The position numbers and the translations under genes were made by a program. From NCBI GenBank assembly GCA_043228905.1, contig JBHGNT010000013.1:18476001-18540000 (forward strand): a stretch of DNA of 64,000 bases. The letters run 5' to 3'. The notes beneath the pieces are model-generated. The model was not told the origin of the DNA. It ran no database searches and was given only the letters and a program-made list of their open reading frames with translations. Shown here in pieces: positions 51,201 through 64,000 of this stretch. The first letter of the stretch is position 1. Each line of letters starts with the position of its first letter. The stretch is from Azolla caroliniana. Taxonomy: Eukaryota; Plantae; Polypodiophyta.

Positions 51201-54200
51201 TTGTGTTTTTTTTTGTTTTTTTTCCCATTTTTTAATGTTTTTTTTTCATTTTTTAGGCTTATTTACCTCATAATAAATAGTTAATCCAAAAGTATGGTAT
51301 TTATCATTCTTTGAGGGTGTTTTTCTTGTGCGAATGATTGAAACATTTGCAAATGCGAATGCACGTATGGTACGTATGGTTCATACTATGAATGATACTA
51401 AGCAAATCAGCACATGTAAGATTCCCAAGTCAGATATATTGTAATTTTTGTCTTCAAACCATCTCTAGCATAGGTCGATCCAGAATGGAGAGGTCTCCAA
51501 AGTGAGGGAAGCACCAGCAATGGCGGGAGATAATGGCCTTTATCTGTCGATGAAAAGGGTCCATGGGGCTGGGTTCTACATGCATGACAAATTGCTGTTG
51601 TTTCTTAGATTGTAACCCCTTTGTTATGTCCTGGTTGGGCGCCCATTTGTGTAGCCCTTGATTGACTTGTAGCATAAGTAGGAGTGATGGAGCTCAAGAA
51701 AGCTATGATTGTTCTGTGGATGAGCTTGTGTAGCTGTACGGTGGTCCTTCAACAATTTTTCCCTGCATCATTCTAGCAAGAAAAGTCCCATGAACCGTTG
51801 GTCCTCATAGTCCGTTACCTTGCGTAGTGGGCCAAAGTCTTGCTTAAAGAGGCAAGAAAAGTCCCAAGCACAGTTTTTCCTTATATTCCGTTATCTTGCA
51901 TAGTGGGCTGAAGCCCTTGATTGACTGTAGCATAAGTAGGAGCGATGGGGCTAAAGAAAGTTGTGATTGTTCTTTGTGGATGAGCTTGTGTAGTTGTAAT
52001 GTGGTCCAACAACTTTTCCCTGTGTCTCTTGAGTTCTAGCTCCCAAGCACCGCTGGTCCTCATATTCTGTTACCTTGCATAGTGGGTCCAAAGCCTCGCT
52101 TAAAGAGGCAATGGTATCTGCCTCTTATTTCATAGTGACGAACATAGTGTTCTTCTGATTCCACACCCTGATGACACAATTGGCAAATTCTTTCTTCTAA
52201 AGGTATTCATGCATATTTGCCTACCTCAATCTCTAATTGATGTAATGAAGTTCACAGCTGTCTTATCACACTGCGCAACACATAGAATAGATGTATGTTC
52301 ATATAAGATGGCCTGACGATTAATCCATCCTCTGATGTGTGTAAAAAGTGAGTTTTATTGCGGGTCATCTTTGTACCAAGTGATATTTTGAGGGTGATCC
52401 ATGTTATCTTTTCCACTTTGGTCATGTTTAGATGGGGACAATCCAATCTATATGGGAACAGGTATAGTGCATTTATGCTTATGTCATGTGACTCGAACGA
52501 TTGTTGTATTTCAGAATACTAACAATGAATGTCCTCATGTTCAGCAAGTTGTCTTGATGACATAAGTGCCAACCTTGAGTACCTTCCTTTAGGGAGCTCC
52601 CAAAGTCGTTGGATATAGGTCACTGATTAGAATAATGCCTCAATGATTATAGCAGCTGCTTGCATCTCTGCCCAGATTATATCATGGGGCACAATGCTTT
52701 GCTCCTTATCGTGCAGGAAATCATTGACACTAAAAGCCTCTCTAAATCTTTCCTGTTATTTGCCTTGTTAAGCCTCAGTCCCCAAGAGTTAGTGTCACAA
52801 GTGTATCAAAAGGCCACAGTTTAGTTCGTGGCTCTTGGAACCGCAATTGTACACATTGTCTTTCAAGAGCACTAAGGGCTGGAAAGAAAGAAATATATAA
52901 TAATGTTTTTAAGAAAGAAAGTAAGCTATATATTAATGTCTTTTAAGATGTCAAAATGGGTGCCAAAATGGCCTATAAGACCAAATAAGAGATAACATCT
53001 TACAATGTTTTCTCGTCTTTGAGAACAGCAAACGAAAATAAATATAACTAAATAGAGTACTAAAGAATCTAGATATCGGAGTACTTAAGATTGTAATCTT
53101 ACATAGAGTGAAGCTTTTGTCTTCAAAAAGTTGCTGACATAGGGTACTCCTAGCTGGGGAGGTCATCGAAGTGAGGCAGGGTGCCTGGTAATAATGGCCT
53201 TTATGTCAGTGACAAGGGTGATGAGGTCATGCTCCAGATGGTGGTGGCCTACATGCACATCATATTGCTATTGCTTGATATATTTTAAGCCCTTTCCAAT
53301 GTCTTGGTTGAGACTCCACTTGTGTAGTTGATGATTGACTTATAGCACGAGGTGTGATATGGGTAAAGTAAGCTACAAATTTTCTCTGTTGATGAGCTGC
53401 TCTGGTTGTTTTGTTGTCCTCCAACAACTTCTCTCTATGCCTCTTGAGTTTTAGCAAGAACGGTCTAACATTGTTTGTCTTAGCCTTTTTTGAAGAGGCA
53501 GTTGTGTCTCCTTTTTATTACGAACTCCTATTTGGATGGGGAAGTGCTTTGATATAGTATCATATTTCCTGCCCATTCCATTTGCTAAGGTTCCATAATC
53601 CACCAGTTCCTTGGCTGTTGAATTAGCCAGGCCCAAATCACAAGCAGCTTACTCCAGTTGTGTCATATGGGATTGCATTGTTGGCAGATCCATTCATCAG
53701 TTTGCATATCTTCCTATCTCAAAATTTAGCTGATGTGAAGAGGTCCTGAGCTGCCCTACACACTATCGAATGCAAGAGGTAGTTGTGCATCCATATAAGC
53801 AGCTCAGCAATAAATCCATCCTGCAGCACTTTTAAAAGAGTGCCTTGTAGTGGGTCATCTTCCTAAGAGACATACAATTAATGATATAAGCTCTGAGTGC
53901 TGTATTGTTTCCCACTTTTATCATGTTCTGTTGCGGACAATCCAAGCTATGTTGGTATGGGGGTAGTGCACTTATATTCATGTTGTACAATTGTAACTGT
54001 TCTTGTAGTCTACCAAGAATGATTATCTCCATTTTCAGCCAGTTGTTTTGATGACCTATGTGCCAGTGTTGAATACCTTTGCTTAAGGAACTTCTAAAAC
54101 TGTTGGATATTGTTCACTGTTCGAAATTATCCCTAAGTCACCACTGGGGCTGCCCCTTCCTGCTGGGGGCCAGCCATTATTTTTTGTTCCTTATTGTGCA

Positions 54201-57200
54201 TGCAAGCACAAGACTAAAGGGCTACCTAAACCTGCCCAGTTATGATCCCTACACCATGAAGAGGAGTTGTGGTACAAGTGGTTCTTGGAATTAGAAATGT
54301 GCACATTATCTTTCAAGGTACCAAGGGCTGTATATCCACGAGAAAGTCAAGCACATGCACTTGTCATTGTGGTGAGTATAAATTGACAGATTGCAAAACT
54401 GATCATCATGGCGAGTTTAACTCAGTATGGGCCTTGGTAATGAGTTTTAGCTCACCATTGGATCTATCTCTACCATTGTGGTGATGTAAGCTTGCTATGT
54501 GGCATCCTGATGAGTAAAACTCACCACAATGCATGGTGAGGATAATGCACCACAGTCATAGTGGTGAGTTAAACTCACCATGTCGCATCTTGGTAAGTTT
54601 CAACCCATCACAGGCCCTAACTCTACCATCGTGGTGAGGGAGATCTGAGGCCCTGTGAAATTTACTCCTAGATATCTGTAGGATCGTGTTTATGCCATAT
54701 TTTCCTCTCCCAAGAAGAATTGTAGTTCTGATATTGTTATTGAAGCTTAAGTGCTGTTAAACACTGTCACATTAGCTTTCTGAAAGTTGACTGACAAATC
54801 CTTCTTGATATGAAATGACTTTAAAGCATTTGGATGTCCTTGTAGGCCATCTAGAAAGTGGGAGATCAACACAATGTCGTTGGCATACAGTAATATTGGT
54901 ATTGCTACCCCTGCTAGTCATGCTCCTGAACCAGTTGATCTCTCTATTGAAGATGTCTCATCTTAGTCGTGTATAACTATTCATTACTTTTTCAAGTTCC
55001 ATTTAGTGACTGTCAACCAGCTTTTAACGAAGTTAATTGTATTCTAAGTTTAGGTCTTGTTTTTATGCATTTATTTTTGGCTGTTGTTTATGCAACTTGG
55101 GATGGTGCCACAAAACAAATTTTTTTATGCCTACAGGCACAATTAAATTCCGCAAAACAGCACGATTCTCGCAGTGCCTTTTCTTCAAGGTTGCGTATTC
55201 AAATAAGGAGAGATCGAATTGTGGAAGATGCATTCGCGAGTCTGAGTTCGTTATCTGAAGAAGCTCTTCAGGGCACAGTAAGTTTTAATCTTATTATGAA
55301 TATGCACCCTGTATCTTGGATAATTATGGTGATGAACAAAATGGCTCAAAATTTTATATAGGCTGTTTGGATGGTGCACATCCCGCTAGCTATTTTCGTA
55401 TGTAGTTTTGCTTCCATGTATGTCTCACTTTCTTGTGTGATCATTGTTTACAGATAGTATTCATCATGTTTGTGTTTGCACATCACTCCCAGATAAAGTG
55501 ATGTAGACTCAGTAGATTAGTTCGCCTTATAGGTCTTCATAATGCTAAATGTACAATTGACGGTATATAGTTTTTGCCATGCTCTGATTGCGAAGATTTG
55601 CAGTTTGTCATGTGTTAACTAGAGAGACCGGAGAAACTTGAGAAGGAAAGGGAACTTGAGGCTGAGGTGTAGAAATGTTTAAAAAATGGGGGAAAATGCC
55701 TGCCAGCCTATATACAGAAAGATCTAGAGAAATTTTAATTTTGCTGTTTATTCCTTTGCCCTATTTTTAGTTCAAATTACTTTCATGCCCTCTTTTTATA
55801 AAATTGCGATTTCAAGCTATAAATTTGATCATATATATACACACCTGAAAATGTTCGATATCTTAAACTTAAAAAGTTAAATAATGGCATTACCAGGAAA
55901 ACAACGTAACTTATAAATAGTTCCAACCTACTGAAACTTTTCAATTTTCTTCTCATGAAATACTGATAGCAAGGAGGAGTTGCCTCTGAGGACCATCCCA
56001 TGTTTTTTTAAATCAATAGGAATTAGGGCACGAAGGGTTTTTTTTATTGTTGGAAATAAAATTTTCCACAAGCCCTGATTGTTAATCTCTTTTTGCACTT
56101 TCAAGCTAAACATTGCATGTTGACCTTTTTTCAGATCCGGGTTTCATTCGTGAATGAATTTGGGGTGGAGGAAGCGGGAGTAGATGGTGGTGGAATATTT
56201 AAGGATTTTATGGAAAACATCACAAAAGCTGCTTTTGATATACAATATGGTTTATTTAAGGTGGGTTAATTCACATTGAAAAGATTTAATTAGGATTCTT
56301 GAACATGTTTATGATTTTGTTTAATTTTGTTTATGCAGGAAACCCCTGATCATCTTCTGTACCCAAATCCAGCATCACATATGGTGCATGATGAGCATCT
56401 CCAATACTTTGAATTTATGGGGAAGATTCTTGGAAAGGTCAGTTTCTTGATGATTTTAAGAACTTCTATTTATGGGTTTACCAATTCAGGAAGAATCTAC
56501 AACTATTTCATTTTGTGAATCCTGATTATAACTGCATCTATAGGCTATGTTTGAAGGCATCTTGGTGGACATACCCTTTGCAACTTTCTTTCTGAGCAAA
56601 TTGAAAAAGAAGTGAGCGTTGTGATGGATATTACATATACCATAATATAGTTTATTTGCAGTTTTGTCTTGTTTCTAACAAAATTTCAATCATTTGAATC
56701 AGACATAACTACTTGCATGACCTGCAATCCTTGGATCCTGAGCTTTACCGGAGCCTGCTTTTTCTCAAGGTTAGGATTTAGACTGAGCAGTTGTAATAAA
56801 TAGTAAAAGGATATTCATTTCCATAAAATTCCTTCCACAAAACCAATTTCAAGATCGAAGAGAGGATCTGGTGACAAAATCTGAATAGCTCAAAATTTGA
56901 GCCATACATTTCTTAATACCACTTCTTTGATTAGTGATTGATGCTCTCGTCTTTCTGTACTTTATTATAGGGATTTCCTCAATGTTTTTTAAGTTTCGCA
57001 TTATAAATGTTTGGAAATGTTTCTATGTGCAGATATACCGAGAGTATAAGAAAGAGATTGTGTATAATTTTCATTTAATTTTTCCGTCAATTGTTTTTCA
57101 AATGCAGTAGATTATTGGGATGTTAAGTATTGCGGCATTGTGTCTGGCTTTGGAAAGTGGTAATCTGACCTGAGGATGATGAGCAGAAAATAATGATAAG

Positions 57201-58864
57201 TTCTGCATACTGAATTCTTTGTTCAGAGCCAAAGTGATATACATATTTACAAATGCATTATGATGTTCGAGTGCTTGAATGACGAGGATTACACAAACAA
57301 AAGCCATATCTTTCATGATTTAATGTGAAATAATATAGTCACGTGCTTTGCAAAATTGTTATGAAGGGCATGATAACGATTTGCACTGACAATTTCACAT
57401 GCATGCAAAAATCCAAGTCATCTGTGCCTGTAATGTACCCATTGTATCTTATTTATGAAAGCAAGACTGCCCTAGGTATTTGGTATGTGTAATTCACTGC
57501 CTTAAATATCATGAAGACGAGTTTTCTGTGTTTGTCCAAGCCATGTGGTATTTCTTTGTTTCCTATCTGATTTGTACTTCTTTGCAGTAAATTTTGAATC
57601 AGCTTCCTTATCCTGTTTAACTTTCCAAGTGCAGAGATATGAAGGAGATTTGGCTCAGCTGGGTTTATATTTTGTGATTGAGAACAATGAATATGGGGAG
57701 CAAGTCCAGGTTGAGCTACTCCCAGGTGGGAAGGATATCCAAGTGGACAATGATAATGTGATCAGATATATTCATCTGGTTGCAAATTATCGTCTTAACA
57801 CTCAGGTTTGTTCAATGACATATTTCCTCTCTTCGAAATAGCATAAGTTCTGAAGGTTTCAGTTGGAGAAACCATCTATTTGCAGATTCGTCAACAAAGC
57901 TATTTCTTTTTACGTGGATTTCAACAATTAATACAGTCAAAATGGATCGACATGTTCAATGAGCATGAATTACAGGTGAAGGTTTATAACCTGTGCTTGA
58001 GGGTTTCTATCCTATCTCTTTGCGAAGCCTTATAAGTTTGCTGCATTCTTTCTTTCTGCATTGCAGCTGTTAATCTCTGGATCAGTAGAGGGACTAAATG
58101 TTGATGATCTTCGGTCAAATGCCAATTATTCTGGTGGCTACAGTGAGGTTATATGCTTGTTCCTGTAATTGTTTCTTTTGCACTCAGGTTCTATTCTTTA
58201 TTTATACTAAATTGTCATGTTGCTCATATCACATGAATAACGAACCTTATCAGGATCATCCTGTGATTGAGGTATTTTGGGAGATTGTGAAGACATTCGA
58301 TTCACATCAGCAACAAATGTTTCTCAAGTAACATTTTCAAGACTGTCATCTGTTTGGCCCAATTGGCATTAGAGAATATCAAATATAAAAAACTATTCTA
58401 TTTTCTGGAAACAGGCTTCAAGAAAGAGGAAAGAAAACTGATTCATGTTAGAATATTGATGCAGATTTGTTACTGGGTGTTCCCGTGGACCCTTGTTAGG
58501 TTTCAAGTACCTTGATCCACAATTTTGTATTCAAAGGTATGCATACATGTTTATAATCACTTTAGAAGTAGGTGGCAATAGTTTCCCGATGCATAATCAT
58601 TGTAATCTAATACAGAGCTGGATCAGAGAATGTGTCTGATGAGATGTTGGACCGTCTTCCTACTTCAGCCACATGTATAAATCTACTCAAGCTTCCTCCT
58701 TACACAAGGTACAAGCAAATATAGCATGCTTTATGATTTTGAGACGGTATGATGTTAATGTTGCTAAAAGTTGCATGTGTGTATGTGTGCATATCAGGAA
58801 AGAGGTCCTTAAGGCAAAGCTTCTCTATGCTATAAATGCAGATGCTGGGTTTGATTTAAGTTGA
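42278..58864 (+). CDS. UPL6: HECT-type E3 ubiquitin-protein ligase with IQ motif (UPL6/UBE3C-like); about 25 exons
   Basis: Diagnostic N-terminus [25 protein letters not shown] (42278-42436) and IQ motif IIQ|KVFRGRR. Later exons include [13 protein letters not shown] (49632), [14 protein letters not shown] (50564), [11 protein letters not shown] (55137), [15 protein letters not shown] (56136), [67 protein letters not shown] (catalytic Cys) and C-terminal [11 protein letters not shown] (58864). Confidence 0.96.
51117..51390. mobile_element. hAT-type MITE, 274 bp, with perfect 8-bp TSD AATGATAC
   Basis: TSD at 51109-51116 and 51391-51398; TIR catagta(c/t)g / catactatg; internal palindrome ttttccaacgttggaaaa. 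Confidence 0.85.
51400..54330 (-). mobile_element. Cluster of degraded LINE-like 3' fragments (about three partial copies) in a UPL6 intron
   Basis: Recurring diverged blocks at about 51600-51860, 51900-52860 and 53130-54330 (ORF scraps 'HREKLL'). The terminal segment at about 51000-51110 is repeated at about 52910-53045. Confidence 0.6.
54362..54640. repeat. Array of ~8 imperfect palindromes, consensus TGGTGAGTT(W)AACTCACCA, period ~28-32 bp
   Basis: Examples: tggtgagttaaactcacca (54562-54580), tgatgagtaaaactcacca (54508), tggcgagtttaactcagta (54409), taatgagttttagctcacca (54438). Confidence 0.75.
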
Positions 58865-59974
58865 ATTCTTGGAACACCAGTACTCATATGCTGGCATTGC
58901 GAAGCTTGGGATTTGTGTTACTGCCCATACATATGCAGTTCCAATTCGAGCTTTCATGGGTGTAAAGGTCTTTGGACAATGTCCTTATATTAATGTGTAT
59001 TCAGCTTTCTCTATTGAAAGCAAGAGAATTGGCAGGGCAAGAGATTTGCTTCCTGCTTGTAGATAGGAGGAAAGTACATAATTTTGTGCTTATGAAAGGT
59101 TGAATTGTCAATAAAATTCCCTTCAGCAATTCATATAGTATTTTTATTTAGTGCATCTCTGAAAATCTTCTGCATCTGGTTAACAAAATAATGATTGAAA
59201 ATTAAGTGTTCAATGTCTGAAGAATTTCTGAAGTTTTACTTTCAAAAACGGAATCCATTTTTGGTATCTGTGAGTTCAATATCCTAAGAATTCTCATCCT
59301 TGAGACTATGAGGTTTTAAATAAAGCTTTGAATTGAAGGAAATTAGAGATACGCGTTTGCCCTCCTGCAAGAGGATGAAATCAGTCTATGCATGTGTCCC
59401 TGAGGCTGTGCAACTGTCACCAATAACTCTTGCACAATGAGATAACAATGATTGCAACTAATGCCAGTAATTCTAGCAAGGTGGGATCATAACTGCAAAT
59501 AAAGAAAGAAAGAAAAGTGATGGTGTAGTTCACGTGGAATGTGGCTTACTTCTCTTTTAATGTGTTGGTGAGTCAAGCACCTATGAAGAAAATATTTCTC
59601 AATCTCAACCCCTCCTAAGCGTAATTTGCAAAATCTATCAGATCTTGGTATGTAAAATGTTTTTCCTATGTGAATATACAGTTGGCAACATTTCTATGTG
59701 AGGACTATGGGCATGTGGATGTTTGTGTGCCTCTTATTCTATATGAATTTGAGAAGTTCATGAAATGACCTTTGTAGTAGGTTATTGTTGTAGGAGGCTC
59801 CCTTCATGTGATCTAAGTTTTTTGGGATTATATTTGCTACAGGACTTGTCACCATTGGAGAGATTTATGGTCTCAAAGAATGGCAAGACAAAATACCTTG
59901 TTTCACTTATCAATTACGAGAGAGAGTTGATCATGTCAATATTCTAACACCCATGGGATGTACAAATGCTATAT

Positions 59975-60980
59975 GTCACTCCCCTCAACTAAGCAAGTGG
60001 GGTGTTTTACATGGTGGTGAAGGTTCTATCCTTGTAATGAGTTCATGAAAATCACTATAGAAAATATTGGAAATTATGCTTGACATCCTTGAATTCGAGG
60101 CACTCAAAATGAATATGTTCTTTTGTCTTTGGTACATTGTCTTGTAGGCCACATGATTCCTTTTCTGCTAAATTTTGCATATAATTCAGAGAAAGTCTCA
60201 TATCTTGTACAAGGTTTGATTTACAAAGTTTGGGATGCAATTGGCTAGTGATTAAGAGGTTCAATCTTTCAATATTTGGAGTATCCATGAGGAATTACTG
60301 TTGGGAATACCCAACTAATTGAACGAATAGGTAGTAAATCGACGAGTGGGTTCATGTATTGGGAATTTTGATCATGACAATTCTATGTGGGACTTAAGTC
60401 ATTTGATGTATATGTATATATTTTTACCATTACTTTGGTGGATTAAAATGGTATTGTGATCAATTTTGCAACCTCTTTTATCTATGTTTCAGTAGAAGAA
60501 GGATAAGATGGGGTTTACATGGTTTTGGTGGTCATTTGGCAACTCCCAAGAGATTAGTTGGATTGCTTTGTACATGCATTTGATGTCTCACCAATTCTCT
60601 TTACTTGGAGATATGTGTTCGCAAACTCAACGATGAGTATATATATGTGTTGTAGTATTTCATAGAGAAGGAAGGATTAATGTATGGGGGAACTAATGGT
60701 TAAGGCATTGTGGAAATATTCCTCTTTAACATTTGGTGCTCTGTATGCGTACACCAATTCATCAAATACTTCACAAGAAGCTCTATCATATTTTGAATGG
60801 GATCCACCAATTATTGGAGATCAATGTTGGTGTTTTCTTGAAGGAAATACTCCTTTCTTCTTTTGCATAAAAAACTATCCTCCATTGGTATTAAAATTAA
60901 AGTGGACAATATACACTATAATCCAATATTACAACGAATATTGTATAGCCATGTCGAATGATTGTAGTCTATCTTTCTAG
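59975..60980 (-). mobile_element. Decayed LTR-retrotransposon 3' internal region with PPT
   Basis: Minus-strand ttgaggggagTG at about 59977-59988 is a typical PPT/LTR junction; the adjoining sequence is broken and only weakly integrase-like. Confidence 0.4.
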
Positions 60981-60994
60981 GTAAAGATAAATAA

Positions 60995-61195
60995 TCTTTC
61001 TAGCCAATCTTATTCTTGTTCGGCATATCCAAGAAAAATGTTTAATCCAGTAGTCCCGTTCTTTCAATCTTAGCATGTATCTCACGTTCCTTCATAATCT
61101 CCTTGCATTGTTAGTGTCTTTGCACTTGCAATACATGTCTATAAGAGCATTGCTCACAAAGACATTCAAGTCATAACCACTTGCAACTGTATGGT
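60995..61195 (-). pseudogene. PLS-class pentatricopeptide repeat (PPR) gene fragment
   Basis: Minus strand reads HTVASGYDLNVFVSNALIDMYCKCKDTNNARR, then after a frameshift EIHAKIERTGLLD; both are PLS-PPR motif pieces, disrupted by stops. Confidence 0.7.
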
Positions 61196-62199
61196 TGTCA
61201 TGTCTATCATCTAATTTGCAATAGTGATGTCTGCTAACAAACCATTTTTATAATAAGGTTATGTAATTGCTTAGCACAAGCTAGATTTAATACTCCTTTC
61301 TTCTTGCTTTATATTCGTAGGGAAAAGGGAAATTTTGATCTTAGTTTAATTAGTTGTATTGGTTAGGGGTTGCAGAGGTGGGTGATGTTGATTCTCAAAG
61401 TTTGGATTCATTTGGCAAAAGTTGCAGAGCATATAATTATCACTACACGCATCTTTACCTATGCCAAAAGATGAGCAACCTTGGTTTTATTGGTGCAAGA
61501 ATGGTAAGACACAATTAAGTGGCATGCCTTGTTTGACTCTCAAATAAAGAAGAGAATAAATGGAAAATATGTAGTTGTAACATAGGGTAGTGGAATACTT
61601 TGGAGCGTAGTTGGCATTCCATATTGCAATTTCAATCAAGGGTTTTTATTTGGAGATTGATAGTTGTGTGGCAGTTATCATGTATTGCACTTATGGTTTC
61701 ACACACACATTAAGTTGGTGTGGTTGCCCAACATACTATAGGGTCATAGGATCAACCTATACATTCCAAAGTGGTCTCAAGTAAATTGTGAGAAATATAT
61801 ATAGTGTAATAAAGATGAGTGGAAGTTGTGATTTAAACCCAAGGCCTTGTGTTGATACTCTAACAATGTAAAGGATTATGAGAATAAAAAGAAAGAGAGA
61901 GTCAGGTTTTAGTATTGGCTTGAAGTCAAAGTATGCCTTACAAAACCAAACCAAAACATTTCCCTATAACACATGTACATAGAGATGGATAGGTTTTATG
62001 ACCTATGGGACCACAAAAATATGTACCATTTCTCGATTTGTGCATTTTAGAGGCAGGGATATATTTTTAGTGTCAATGGAAGACCAATTGGCAATCTATG
62101 AGAGAGGGGCTGGCCCATGGCAAGGATCGAACTTCAGATCTCACAAATTTATGACCTTGGTCATAGGATGTAAACATCCAAGCCAATAGCCAAATAACA

Positions 62200-62283
62200 T
62201 TGTCCGATGGGGACCAGGAAGATCTTGCGTTCAGCCCCCTACACATCTCAGAATGGCATCTAGTGAATTAAGAAAAAAAAAGA
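62200..62283 (+). mobile_element. 5'-truncated second copy of the tRNA-derived SINE-like family
   Basis: ttgtccgatggggaccagg..gatcttgcgttcagccccctaca...tggcatctagtgaattaagaaaaaaaaa aligns with 9579-9650 and ends in oligo-A. Confidence 0.6.
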
Positions 62284-62880
62284 ACGTCTGGTGTAATAGA
62301 GAGGCAGGCGTGCATGAAACTCGGGCTTTAAACCCAAGGGGCGGTCCTCGTGACCGACGGAACGGAGCGTTCCAGGTGTGTTCGTTGGGGCGGGTGGGCG
62401 GGCGGGCATCATTACGTGGTGGCCGCGGTGGGCCGGCTTTTCCTAGATGAATGATTTTTACTGGCACTACCCAAAACGTGGGAGGCGTGTCTCTGTACCC
62501 ACACCTCCCCCTGTATGTATATATATGTATATATATGTATGTGTATTTTTACTCTATTTCTCTTTTGTCAAATTGTGTTTTATTTCCTTTACATCAGTAG
62601 AGCCAGGAAGAAGAAGGAAAGAAGAAAAGGAGGAAGGTAGAGAAGCCTCGTCGTGATCCCTCCGCCATGTCTCTCTGAAGCCCTTCCTTCATTCCTTCGT
62701 CCCCTTCTTTGCCCCATCCATTCCTGCTCGGGCAGACAGCAAAGGAAAAGGAAAAGGAGGAACCTTTCACAACCAAGTTAAAAAGAATTGAAGGAAGAAA
62801 CCTGAAGAAAGGAAGCGTGTTCCTTCTTCCGAATTCAAAACTTCGTTTTCATCATCCCGTAGTTTTTGTTGGGAATAATC

Positions 62881-62991
62881 ATGCAGAATCTTAGCGCTGA
62901 TGGAATCCCCAGTGCTGAGGATCAAGAGAAATGGCTTGCAGATGCAATGGCCCTTGTGCAGCGCCACGCTTTTTACTTGCATCGAGCTCTG
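62881..62991 (+). CDS. VPS35: Vacuolar protein sorting 35 (retromer), first coding exon; gene presumably continues beyond the window
   Basis: MQNLSADGIPSAEDQEKWLADAMALVQRHAFYLHRAL|gtatat matches the plant VPS35 N-terminus (ED.EKWLA.......AFYM.RAL), followed by a GT donor at 62992. Confidence 0.85.
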
Positions 62992-64000
62992 GTATATGCT
63001 GCATTTTCTCTCTTCATCGTTTCATCTTCTTTCTAGTGCATTATTTTTTGTAGATCCAAAGAACGAAATGATTTAGTCATAGTGCTCATACTTTTAGAGA
63101 TGATGGAGATATTTCCATTACTTGGTAATTTAATTCATGACAAATATAAGTGTACCATCTTATTGCTATCAGGTAGATTCTGATTTGTCTAGATCTAAGG
63201 AAGAAAGAATTTAAACATTAAGATTGAGACTTTTGGAGATGAGAGCATATGTTTTGTTCCGTTGCTTGCTGATGCAAGCCATATCAGAATAAGAATTACC
63301 ATTTCTTTTTCCTTTATTAGAAGCCATAAAAAAGATAATTTCTCCTGCTATTTTGGTCATGCTGGCCAGTCATGGTTATGTCTAAGTTGTAAAATTGTAG
63401 AATTTGATTTGTATTCGATCCAAGATTGGAAAGAGTTAAGCTTGGCAATCAAGACTTTGAAGATGAAGAAAATGGTATTGATGTTGTGGCTTGCAATCAA
63501 GTGCAAATATTTCAATGTCACCAACTAGCCTCTGATGTTTATATATCCAAAGAAGGAAAGGATGTTAATCTTAAAACTCAGCGTTTAGTGTTGAATATAG
63601 AGACCTAGATGGATGTTGTCTTTCCTTTTTAATTGAGACTGAACACGAACATTTTCTCAATTATTTAGCAGTGTAACACTTTTCATAGTGAAGTGTAACA
63701 CATCATGCTAATAAATAGCTTCAGATTAGTAGAAGTCCAAGGAATGAAATGTTCAAATCTCAAGATTGAGAGTTTGGTTGTGAAAGTATATGATTCCTGC
63801 ATTTAATCGACAATGGAAGTCATGTCACAGTTGAGTGTGAACATATTGATTCTAGCAAGTATCTTCTGATTTGTAAAGATAAAACAAAAGAGATTATTTA
63901 GAATAAATAAGTCTCAGACTGTGGAAATGATGATGGAGACCTAAAAGGATTTAATTGCGTATGGCGGACACTTTGCATTGGGAACTAAATATTAGAAGTT

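Noticed and set aside
54362-54640. Possible CRISPR array
   Set aside because: Repeats are degenerate, linkers are only ~10 bp, the context is a plant intron and no cas genes are present.
4170-62991. Functional gene cluster
   Set aside because: The seven genes belong to unrelated pathways; nothing suggests a biosynthetic or co-regulated cluster.

Overview
Eukaryotic, AT-rich, intron-rich land-plant nuclear DNA. A non-seed plant, most likely a fern, is inferred from a PebA/PUBS-type bilin reductase and a fern-style PLS-class PPR remnant. I reconstructed six complete spliced genes by hand from GT/GC-AG boundaries and conserved motifs: apyrase (+), GT106/O-fucosyltransferase-family glycosyltransferase (+), sphingosine-1-phosphate lyase (-), a phycourobilin-synthase-like ferredoxin-dependent bilin reductase (-), OPA3-like (-) and the HECT E3 ligase UPL6 (+). 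The first exon of VPS35 (+) lies at the right end. Introns and intergenic DNA hold decayed LINE, Ty3, Ty1 and hAT remnants, MITEs, a TRIM-like element, tRNA-derived SINE-like copies, micro/minisatellites and an intronic telomeric array. The two most notable items are (1) two tandem 8-codon uORFs upstream of OPA3 that copy the protein's own N-terminus (MILPFAKP*, MFLPFAKT*) and (2) the intact PUBS-like gene. No prokaryotic systems or CRISPR arrays were found. Exon coordinates are manual reads and may be off by a few bases; TE boundaries are approximate.
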